Assembly (NCBI GenBank): GCA_964549355.1
Contig: CAZJUS010000017.1
Coordinates: forward strand, 1-17,638
Length of the DNA stretch: 17,638 bases
DNA from: Candidatus Undinarchaeota archaeon
GTDB lineage: Archaea > SpSt-1190
Reading direction: 5' to 3'
Under the pieces are notes generated by a model. That model saw only the letters and a list, made by a program, of their open reading frames with translations, was not told where the DNA came from and searched no databases. This document shows positions 8,355 through 15,602 of this stretch, in pieces. Both the position numbers and the translations under genes were made by a program. Each line of letters begins with the position of its first letter. The first letter of the stretch is position 1.

Positions 8355-9017
8355 ATGGAGCTCCAGTATCTCGGCCATGCAGGCTTCCGCATCTCCCAGG
8401 GGGCCTTGGAGATTCTCATAGACCCCTACCTGAGCAGGGACAGCAGGAGGGAGGACATGCCGAAAACAGGGCCCGAAGTGGACCCCCGCATGCTGCGCCC
8501 AAGCCATATCCTGCTGACGCATGAGCATTTCGACCATTGCGACGTGCCGGTAGTCACTATGCTGGCCAAAAGGCACTCTGCGAAAGTCATCGGCCCTCCG
8601 CCGGTGGACAGAAAATTGGGTTTCAATGTCATTAAAGTCCGGCCGGGCAACAGTCTGGACTTCGACGGCTTCAAGCTCAGGGTCATCAAGGCGTTCCACC
8701 ACCAGTCCGAATTCCCTGTCGGCTTCCTGATTGAGATTGGAGAGCTCAGAATCTACCATGCAGGGGACACCTACTACGACTCCGGCCTCGGCAGGATAAA
8801 CACAGACATCGCCCTGCTTCCCATCGGGGGCACATACACCATGGATATTGATGAAGCCGTCAAGCTGGCCAATGAAATCCATCCGCAGATTGCAGTGCCG
8901 ATGCACTTCAATACTTTCGGGAATATCAAAGCAGACCCTGCGGAGTTCTGCAGAAAATTAGAAGGAGTCTGCAAATGCGCCGTCATGAAGCCCGGGGAGG
9001 TGATGAAGCTTGGGTGA
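8355..9017 (+). CDS. Metallo-beta-lactamase-fold metal-dependent hydrolase (UPF0173-like)
   Basis: LGHAGF, IDPY, THEHFDH, AFH, YHAGDT, LPIGGTYTM, PMHFNTF. Confidence 0.93.
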   Translation: MELQYLGHAGFRISQGALEILIDPYLSRDSRREDMPKTGPEVDPRMLRPSHILLTHEHFDHCDVPVVTMLAKRHSAKVIGPPPVDRKLGFNVIKVRPGNSLDFDGFKLRVIKAFHHQSEFPVGFLIEIGELRIYHAGDTYYDSGLGRINTDIALLPIGGTYTMDIDEAVKLANEIHPQIAVPMHFNTFGNIKADPAEFCRKLEGVCKCAVMKPGEVMKLG

Positions 9018-9213
9018 CAAAATCACAGTGAATGATTTTTTCAAAATCACAAAAGATGCGGCCATCCTTGGAATAAGCGTGGTCCTCGCAGTCTATGCCA
9101 AAATCACAGGAGACCTGAAGCCTTTGCTGATTTTCGGCACAGTGATCTCGCTGGCTTTCATAATCTATCTCATAAACCGCATAATGGGCCAGCTGAATTT
9201 TGACCCTAAATAA
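9010..9213 (+). CDS. Small hypothetical membrane protein (2 predicted TM segments)
   Basis: Two hydrophobic stretches; fills the gap between convergent genes and overlaps both stops. TTG start uncertain (alternative GTG 9028). Confidence 0.55.
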   Translation: MGDKITVNDFFKITKDAAILGISVVLAVYAKITGDLKPLLIFGTVISLAFIIYLINRIMGQLNFDPK

Positions 9214-9964
9214 TGCCTGCAAGCAGGCCGGCGAGAGCCAGGGAGAACGCAGGCGTCAGCGGAACGCCCAGCTTCACCTTGGCCTTACGGCGGATGCCGG
9301 ATACAGCTGCAAGAAAACTTTCATATTTGGTTATGGGCATAGTCCTGCGGATCTGGGCAAACCCCAAATCCACATCGTCAAACACCCAATCATCCTCTTC
9401 AAGTCTGCAGATTTCTTTTTCGCCTTGGAGAATCAGCTTCACTTTTTGAAAAGTCAGCAGGAAGAAGCCTGTGAATATCAGGACCAGGACCAGCATCAGA
9501 TAGCCTGCGGGCGCCAATGCAGATGCAAGAGCCGACATGAAAATCAGGACGGCAACACTCGGCCATTCGCCATTCACTGAAAGCACAAAGAGGTAGCTCA
9601 GGAGCGACCACACCCCAACAGCGGGCACCAGAAGAAGGGGGTATGCAAAGTTGAAGTTCGGAAATGCCGGCGAAAGCACTGCAAAGATGCCTGCCAGCAG
9701 CCACATATCTCCGCTGGCCCACTGCCGGAGCCGGAACAGGATATAGCCAAATAAAAAAGCGACAGCCGAAGCAACTACACTGCGCAGAGCAAAAGACGCA
9801 TCGCCGGTGAACAGGCTGAAAAGCCCCCATCCAAGGTAGCCCACAGGGAACATGCTGAAAATCAACTTTTCGGGGAGGTATGTGGACGCCAAATCAAGAA
9901 TGGATGAATAAAAGACGACAAAAAAACCATAAAATACGAGGAAAAGGGCGATGAGAATTACCAT
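9206..9964 (-). CDS. A24-family prepilin/prearchaellin peptidase
   Basis: Catalytic Asp pair in SILDL and WASGD (GxGD-like), EEDDWV, and C-terminal GVPLTPAF hydrophobic tail. Confidence 0.8.
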   Translation of the reverse strand: MVILIALFLVFYGFFVVFYSSILDLASTYLPEKLIFSMFPVGYLGWGLFSLFTGDASFALRSVVASAVAFLFGYILFRLRQWASGDMWLLAGIFAVLSPAFPNFNFAYPLLLVPAVGVWSLLSYLFVLSVNGEWPSVAVLIFMSALASALAPAGYLMLVLVLIFTGFFLLTFQKVKLILQGEKEICRLEEDDWVFDDVDLGFAQIRRTMPITKYESFLAAVSGIRRKAKVKLGVPLTPAFSLALAGLLAGII

Positions 9965-10167
9965 AATGCTCTTCTTGCGTCTTCAATATCTTCTTTTCGG
10001 ACGGTCTTGCGTTTTTTGCCTTCCGCAATGGAAAGCGCTTCTTCAACCACCAAAAAGCCCAGCTCTTCAACAACCTCGGCCAAAGCTTCTGCAGCTTCCT
10101 CGGAAACCCTGTGGTTGGTCTTCTTGAGCATTTTTTTGAAAGGTGCAACAGGTAGAACCTCAGCCAT
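9958..10167 (-). CDS. Archaeal histone (variant)
   Basis: LPVAPF..., RVSEEAAEALAEVVEE, RKTVRKEDI (R-T-D motif); 69 aa from ATG 10167. Confidence 0.93.
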   Translation of the reverse strand: MAEVLPVAPFKKMLKKTNHRVSEEAAEALAEVVEELGFLVVEEALSIAEGKKRKTVRKEDIEDARRALW

Positions 10168-10186
10168 GCCATGACTATTCAGGAGG

Positions 10187-10194
10187 TTATATAA
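10187..10194. promoter_or_regulatory. Palindromic bidirectional TATA box (histone / NFACT-R gene)
   Basis: TTATATAA lies near the midpoint between ATG 10167 (-) and GTG 10216 (+). Confidence 0.65.
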
Positions 10195-10215
10195 GGCTTT
10201 TGACATGCTTCTACT

Positions 10216-11022
10216 GTGGAAATTGAGCTTGATACCGCCAAAACGGCATCGCAGAATGCAGGAGACCTCTTCAACCGGGCAAAAAAGCTCGAAGACAAAG
10301 CAAAAAAAGCAGAATCAGCCCTCAAAACAATTGAAGAGCGCATCAGCAGGCTCAAAAAAACAGGAAGACTTGAGGCGGCGGAGCGGAAAGGCCTGAAGGA
10401 GAAAAAGCCTGCGGGGCAGTGGTACGAAAAGTTCAGGTGGTTTTTCTCGAGCTCCGGCAAATTGATAGTCGGCGGGCGGGACGCGACCACCAACGACATA
10501 CTCATGAAAAAGCATGTGGCCAAAAACGAGCCGGTGTTCCATGCGGACATTGTGGGCGCCCCGTTTTTTGCAATCAAGCGCGCGCCGGGCAGGGGGGCGG
10601 GTGGAGCCGGCGAAGAGATAGGCGAAAGCGACATCAGAGAAGCTGCACAGGCCGCTGCAGTTTTTTCAAGAGCATGGAAGCTGGGCTACGGGTCGCTGTC
10701 AGTCTACTATGCACCGCGTGAACGGTTCACAAAACAAGCGCCCAGCGGGGAATATGTAAAGAAGGGGGCGTTCATGGTCTATGGAAAAAAGGACTGGATT
10801 GCTGTGGAACTGAAAGCAGCGGTCGGAGTGAAAAACGGAAAAGTCACTGCCGGCCCAATATCCGCCATTGAAAAATGGGCGGAGCGTTCACTCCGAATTG
10901 AACCCGGGCACCTCAAGCAGGGGGAAGCCACAAAGCTCATTGCAAAAAAACTGAAAGCTCCTGCAGACGAAGTCCAGAGAGCTCTGCCTGCCGGCAGGAC
11001 CCAATTAATAAAAACTAAATAA
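10216..11022 (+). CDS. NFACT-R (DUF814) domain protein, C-terminal half of RqcH/Rqc2-like protein
   Basis: QNAGDLFNRAKKL, WYEKFRWFFSSSG.LIVGGRDATTND, FHADIVGAPF, SRAWK, APSGEYVKKGAFMVYG. Confidence 0.9.
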   Translation: MEIELDTAKTASQNAGDLFNRAKKLEDKAKKAESALKTIEERISRLKKTGRLEAAERKGLKEKKPAGQWYEKFRWFFSSSGKLIVGGRDATTNDILMKKHVAKNEPVFHADIVGAPFFAIKRAPGRGAGGAGEEIGESDIREAAQAAAVFSRAWKLGYGSLSVYYAPRERFTKQAPSGEYVKKGAFMVYGKKDWIAVELKAAVGVKNGKVTAGPISAIEKWAERSLRIEPGHLKQGEATKLIAKKLKAPADEVQRALPAGRTQLIKTK

Positions 11023-11039
11023 AATAAAAAAAATAAAAA
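11023..11039 (-). terminator. Oligo-T tract, probable terminator for the SSB gene
   Basis: A-rich run on + strand (T-rich on -) just after the SSB stop, between convergent genes. Confidence 0.5.
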
Positions 11040-11051
11040 CCGCAGGAAGGT

Positions 11052-11420
11052 TTAGAATCTCCTTCGCGGTGCATCCTCAACAAACTTTTCAGACACGTTG
11101 TTTTCAGTATTGGCTTCAACTTCAGCTTCGCTGTCTTCGATGCTTCCATATTTGCCGGTACTGATTCTCATGGAGTTCCGGAAAGTATTCACATAAGCAT
11201 TCTTCAGAAGATATGTCTTCCCAACCTCAATCTTGTCTATATTGTCGTCCCACAGAGACAGAATAATCACGCCGGTTTCATCGCCGACGAGAAATTCAGC
11301 CACTCTGTGCTGTCTACCGGTCGCCCTTGCGGTGACCTCTCTTTCGTCCATCTTTTCCACGACTTTGACAGTCATGTCAAAGCCCCTGCTACGGGGTGTC
11401 AATTCCTCGATTTTTGTCAT
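11052..11420 (-). CDS. ssb: Single OB-fold single-stranded DNA-binding protein
   Basis: MTKIEELTP...VKVVEK, HRVAEFLVGDETGVIILSLWDD, NAYVNTFRNSMRISTGKYG; GGTGAG SD upstream of ATG 11420. Confidence 0.9.
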   Translation of the reverse strand: MTKIEELTPRSRGFDMTVKVVEKMDEREVTARATGRQHRVAEFLVGDETGVIILSLWDDNIDKIEVGKTYLLKNAYVNTFRNSMRISTGKYGSIEDSEAEVEANTENNVSEKFVEDAPRRRF

Positions 11421-11515
11421 ACATCTCACCAATTGTGTATCTTTGGAGGTTGGCCGTATTATAAATTTGTGCATTTCCATGCCACAAACCATAAAAACCA
11501 TTGAATGGAATCCGA

Positions 11516-12835
11516 ATGAATAACGTGAAAACTGCTCCGCATGTTGTGGTGGTTGGAGGAGGGCCTGCAGGCATTTTTGCCGCCTTAAAGCTGGCGGACC
11601 ACGCCAAAGTTACTTTGGTTGAAAAATCCGGCAATATCGGCGGGGCGGGCCTGCACTCTGACGGAAAAATCAATTTCCACCCGCAAATTGGAGGGGACCT
11701 GACTGATTTTATGCCGGAGGATGAGGCGTGGATGGTAGTCCACGAACTTGAGAGGATTTTCAGCGAATTCGGTGTGGAAGGAAGCTACCCTTCGAATCAA
11801 ATCGAAAAACTGCTGAGAAAAGCAACATCAAGCGACGTCAAATTCGTTCCCGCCAAGCTGGCGCATGTTGGCTCAGACTGCCTTCCCGACCTCATGAAGC
11901 GTTTCCAGAAAAAACTTGAAGAGAAAGGCGTCAGGATTCTCTTCCATTCAAAAGTCACTGATTTGAAAGTTGCCGATAAAAAAGTGAAGGGGGTTGAAAT
12001 TGGAAATCAGGAAATCCCATGCGACTTTGCAATACTTTGCCCGGGGAGGTCCGGTTCATTCTGGCTGAAAGAGATGGCAACCAAACACGGCTTCACATTC
12101 CGGCACAACTATATTGATATCGGCGTCAGGGTTGAATTCTCATCACGCGTTCTTGATGAAATCACTATCGATCAGAAAATATGGGACCCGAAATTTCACA
12201 TAATCACACCGAGCTACGATGCATTTGTCAGGACGTTTTGTACGAATCCCCGTGGATTCGTAACAATCGAACCATACGGAAAAAACATGATAGGTGTGAA
12301 TGGGCACGCTATGAAGAACATCCATTCACACAATTCAAACTTTGCATTGCTGGTAAGAGTGAATTTAACAGAACCGCTGGAGGACACTTCTGAATACGGC
12401 GCCACAATTGTAAAAATCTCCAATATTCTTGGAGGGGGAAAACCGCTCATACAAAGGCTCGGAGACCTTCGAAAATACAAAAGAAGCAGCTGGAAAAGCA
12501 TCAACAAGAGCAACATAACGCCGACTTTGAAAAATGCAACTCCAGGGGATATTTCAATGGCCCTTCCGCATAGGATTGTCGTTGACCTGCTGGAGGCGCT
12601 TGAAATGCTGGACAAAATTATGCCGGGCGTTGCATCCAACAGCACCCTCCTCTATGCACCGGAAGTTAAGTTTTATTCAATGAAAGTGAATACCACCAAT
12701 AAACTCGAAACGGATGTTGAAAATCTTTATGTTGCGGGTGACGGCGCAGGGGTAAGCAGAGGAATAAATGGCGCTGCTGAAACCGGAATGCTTGCAGCAT
12801 TCGGAATAATTGAAAAAATAAAGGGGGGATTGTGA
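11516..12835 (+). CDS. Uncharacterised FAD-dependent oxidoreductase (COG2509-like)
   Basis: GGGPAG Rossmann motif, GGAGLHSDGK, PGRSG, DIGVRVE, RTFCTNPRG, VNGH, NSNFALL, YAPEVKFYS, AGDGAGVSRG. Start could be 11501, 11516 or 11525. Confidence 0.9.
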   Translation: MNNVKTAPHVVVVGGGPAGIFAALKLADHAKVTLVEKSGNIGGAGLHSDGKINFHPQIGGDLTDFMPEDEAWMVVHELERIFSEFGVEGSYPSNQIEKLLRKATSSDVKFVPAKLAHVGSDCLPDLMKRFQKKLEEKGVRILFHSKVTDLKVADKKVKGVEIGNQEIPCDFAILCPGRSGSFWLKEMATKHGFTFRHNYIDIGVRVEFSSRVLDEITIDQKIWDPKFHIITPSYDAFVRTFCTNPRGFVTIEPYGKNMIGVNGHAMKNIHSHNSNFALLVRVNLTEPLEDTSEYGATIVKISNILGGGKPLIQRLGDLRKYKRSSWKSINKSNITPTLKNATPGDISMALPHRIVVDLLEALEMLDKIMPGVASNSTLLYAPEVKFYSMKVNTTNKLETDVENLYVAGDGAGVSRGINGAAETGMLAAFGIIEKIKGGL

Positions 12836-13303
12836 ATGTTTTTGTCTGGGAATGATGTTGCGAAATCGCTAAAAAATGTGAATGAAAAACAGATTCAGCC
12901 TGCAGGGGTGGACTTGACAGTGGATAAAATTTGGAAAATCAATGATGCTGGTGAGCTGGATTTTTCAAACGACAATCGGAAAATTCCTGCTGGAGAAGAA
13001 ATGCCATTCACAGCACCCGTTCACTTGGAACCGGGTGCATACATAGTCAGGTATGGCCAGGAAATTTCCATTCCGGACGATTGTATTGGAATCGTACTTC
13101 CGCGATCAAGCCTGATGCGCATGGGGGCCACCCTCATCAGTGCATTGTGGGACCCGGGATACCTTGGCAGGGGGAAAGGGCTCCTCCACATAATGAATGT
13201 GCACGGAGTTGTGTTGCATCCCAATGCGCGAATCGGCCAGTTGATTTTCATCAAAGGGCGCCCAGGGGACACTTACGATGGGGCATATCTGAACGAGGTG
13301 TAA
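12836..13303 (+). CDS. dut: Archaeal dUTPase (trimeric dUTPase/dCTP deaminase superfamily)
   Basis: QPAGVDL, PRSSLMRMG, LWDPGY.G, RIGQLIF, YDGAY. No Glu at the position after motif 3 where dCTP deaminases carry their catalytic Glu. Confidence 0.85.
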   Translation: MFLSGNDVAKSLKNVNEKQIQPAGVDLTVDKIWKINDAGELDFSNDNRKIPAGEEMPFTAPVHLEPGAYIVRYGQEISIPDDCIGIVLPRSSLMRMGATLISALWDPGYLGRGKGLLHIMNVHGVVLHPNARIGQLIFIKGRPGDTYDGAYLNEV

Positions 13304-13334
13304 AGTTTTTTTAAGCCCCGGCGCAGGCAACAGC

Positions 13335-13937
13335 ATGGCGCAGGAAAGAACTTTTGTGATGCTCAAGCCGGAAGTTGCGAAAAGGCAGCTGGTCGGTGAA
13401 ATTATAGGCAGGCTGGAAAAGACAGGGCTTAAACTGGTTGCCCTGAAGATGGTCCGGCCGACTCCTGAGATGGTGGCGAAGCACTACCCCAGCGATGAGG
13501 GCTGGCTGACGAGGGTCGGGCACAAGACAATAAACGGCTATGCGAAGCTCGGCATCGACCTCGTAAAAGAAATGGGCACCGACAACCCTTTGGAGATTGG
13601 AAAAACAATCAAAAACTGGCTGGTGAAGTACATCTCAAGCGGGCCTGTGGTGGCCATGGTTTGGGAAGGCAACCGCGCCCGCGACATAGTCAGGAAGCTT
13701 GCCGGAGAGACAGAACCCCTGTCTGCAGGCCCGGGGAGCATAAGGGGTGCAGTCTCATTTGACTCCTTTGAGCATGCCAACCGCCAGTTCAGGGCGCTCT
13801 TCAATATAATCCATGCCAGTGAAACTGAAGAGGAGGCCAAAAATGAAATTGCACTCTGGTTCGGTGAAAGTGAACTGCAGGACTACAAGACGGGAACGGA
13901 ATTGGTGTGGGAAAGCGTAATGGAAAAAATGAAGTGA
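13335..13937 (+). CDS. ndk: Nucleoside diphosphate kinase (long form with internal insertion)
   Basis: ERTFVMLKPE, SGPVVAMVWEG, RKLAGET.P, PGSIRG, NIIHAS (catalytic His), EIALWF. Confidence 0.96.
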   Translation: MAQERTFVMLKPEVAKRQLVGEIIGRLEKTGLKLVALKMVRPTPEMVAKHYPSDEGWLTRVGHKTINGYAKLGIDLVKEMGTDNPLEIGKTIKNWLVKYISSGPVVAMVWEGNRARDIVRKLAGETEPLSAGPGSIRGAVSFDSFEHANRQFRALFNIIHASETEEEAKNEIALWFGESELQDYKTGTELVWESVMEKMK

Positions 13938-13962
13938 GCATCCAAAACTTCCCGGATTTGTT

Positions 13963-14424
13963 TCAGACTCCAAAATCGCGGTATTCCCGGGGCACGCCGA
14001 ACAAGACCAAAGTTTCGCCTATCTTCAGGACCGATGCCTCCTCATCCGCACGCATATCCGGAACAAGAACAATGCCTTTGGTCCGCCTTCCGTAATCTTC
14101 CGTACAGTTGAACTTTACATAAGGCACTCCATTCCGCCTTGTGCATTTCTTCAGCTTTACTGATGCATAAGGCACCTTGAGCATCCGGCCCCCGCCCGCC
14201 ACATATGCAGTCGCATCCCTGTATTCGAGGCTGAGCAATTCAGCTTTCAGAAACTTTGGAAAGCCCGGGGAAACTTCAATCTCCTCATCCAAACCTTCTT
14301 TCGCTTCCCTGGCAATGCAGTACTCATAATGCTTTTCCCTGCTGTATTCCACGACCTTTGGACTGCCCCCTTCAAACACAGAACTGGAGACTTCCATCAA
14401 AATCCGAAAGCCGGAGGCATTCAC
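13963..14424 (-). CDS. Hypothetical protein, possible C-terminal OB fold
   Basis: Open frame filling the gap after L24e; GTG 14424 overlaps the L24e stop (GTGA), alternative ATG 14397. C-terminal pattern resembles OB-fold strands. Confidence 0.6.
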   Translation of the reverse strand: MNASGFRILMEVSSSVFEGGSPKVVEYSREKHYEYCIAREAKEGLDEEIEVSPGFPKFLKAELLSLEYRDATAYVAGGGRMLKVPYASVKLKKCTRRNGVPYVKFNCTEDYGRRTKGIVLVPDMRADEEASVLKIGETLVLFGVPREYRDFGV

Positions 14425-14600
14425 TCCTTCTTCCCGGCCTTCTTGGCTTTCCGCACCCACTTGACCTTCCTCGGATTTCTCCCCATCAAAAAGTTCTTCT
14501 CGCACTTGCTGTTGCAGAAGCGGAGCGCCGAGCCGTCGTTCTTGATCAAGGTTATGCCTCTGTTTTTCATGATGTCCTTTCCGCAGAATGTGCACTTCAT
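14421..14600 (-). CDS. rpl24e: 50S ribosomal protein L24e
   Basis: Missed by ORF track (59 aa). MKCTFCGKDI..NRG...IKNDG....FCNSKCEKN...GRNPRKVKW; ATGA overlap with S28e. Confidence 0.97.
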   Translation of the reverse strand: MKCTFCGKDIMKNRGITLIKNDGSALRFCNSKCEKNFLMGRNPRKVKWVRKAKKAGKKE

Positions 14601-14875
14601 CTCCTCGCCTCCAGTTTGCGGGCCTGCATGGCCGTCTCAGTCAAAAGAAGTATGTCGCCGGTCTTGACCGGGCTCTTCACATTCCGGATGAGGACCTTGC
14701 CTGCATCCCTGCCCTCCAGGACCTCGCATCTGATTTGGACTATCTCCCCCCGGACTCCTGTCCTTCCAACAATCTCGACCACTTTCGCCGGGAAGCCCAG
14801 GACCAAATCCGGGGCTTCGGCCGGCTTTGGAGCTTCGCCGGCTTTCTCTGGCTGGGTCTTTTTTTTCTCTGCCAT
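14597..14875 (-). CDS. rps28e: 30S ribosomal protein S28e (N-terminally extended)
   Basis: PAKVVEIVGRTGVRGEIVQIRCEVLEGRDAGKVLIRNVKSPVKTGDILLL.ET...ARKL. Confidence 0.96.
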   Translation of the reverse strand: MAEKKKTQPEKAGEAPKPAEAPDLVLGFPAKVVEIVGRTGVRGEIVQIRCEVLEGRDAGKVLIRNVKSPVKTGDILLLTETAMQARKLEARR

Positions 14876-14887
14876 TCAAATCCCCAT

Positions 14888-15262
14888 TCACTTCTTGGCT
14901 GCTTTGCTGAGGACTTTCAGTTTCTTGACCACGTCTTCAAGGGCTGCCTTTGCATCCCCGGCTTCAACAACAACACCGCTGGCGCATCCGACCTCAAGCC
15001 CGAGGGCTGCACCCAGCTCCTGCTTGGTCGGGATTTCCACGCACGGGATTTCCTTCTCATCGCACAGGATGGGCAGATGCATCACTATCTCTTTGGGCTC
15101 TACATCGGCTGCAACAGCCACAAGTTTGGCCTTGCCGCGCTCGATGGCCTTGGTCACCTCGTTGGTGCCTTTTTTGATTTTTCCAGAAGCTCTGGATTTT
15201 TCAATGACCTGCAAAACTTTCTCTACTAAGTCCTTAGGAACTGTATTTTCATTTTCCGTCAT
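14888..15262 (-). CDS. rpl7ae: 50S ribosomal protein L7Ae
   Basis: GKIKKGTNEVTKAIERG.AKLV..A.DVEP.EIVMHLP.LCDEK.IP; GAGGTGA SD upstream of ATG 15262. Confidence 0.97.
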   Translation of the reverse strand: MTENENTVPKDLVEKVLQVIEKSRASGKIKKGTNEVTKAIERGKAKLVAVAADVEPKEIVMHLPILCDEKEIPCVEIPTKQELGAALGLEVGCASGVVVEAGDAKAALEDVVKKLKVLSKAAKK

Positions 15263-15295
15263 CGGATTCACCTCGGAGTTGTCCTTATACAAGAT

Positions 15296-15562
15296 TTATA
15301 ATACTTTGTCAGAGCAGGAGTCTTTAATGACGTTTATCGCCACAAAGGTCGTGGTCCTCTCAACATACTTCCACTGTAGCACGGACTTGATGAATTTCTC
15401 CAGCCCGACCATCCCTTTGAACCTGCCTATGAAGAGTATGTCAAAATCCCCCGTGACCTCATAGGCGCACAAAACTTCCGGCCGCTTCTTCAGGAGATTG
15501 TCTATCTCGCCCAAGCGTCCGCCCCTGGCTTTAACGCCGACTACGGCCCGAATCTCTTCCAT
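15296..15562 (-). CDS. Stand-alone Lrp/AsnC ligand-binding (RAM) domain protein
   Basis: PEV..AYEVTGDFDIL, VERTTTFV; 88 aa with no N-terminal HTH. Confidence 0.85.
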   Translation of the reverse strand: MEEIRAVVGVKARGGRLGEIDNLLKKRPEVLCAYEVTGDFDILFIGRFKGMVGLEKFIKSVLQWKYVERTTTFVAINVIKDSCSDKVL

Positions 15563-15602
15563 AAAACCAAAAAAGGCTGTGGATTATAGATTTTTGGGTG
15601 GC

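Noticed and set aside
12836..13303. dCTP deaminase call
   Set aside because: The deaminase catalytic Glu is not evident after the DPGY motif, and the short length fits archaeal dUTPase better.
14256..15464. 402-aa plus-strand ORF, and similar long shadows (2814..3725, 7965..8906, 15498..16268)
   Set aside because: Antisense to recognised or better-supported genes; no motifs; expected in fairly GC-rich coding DNA.
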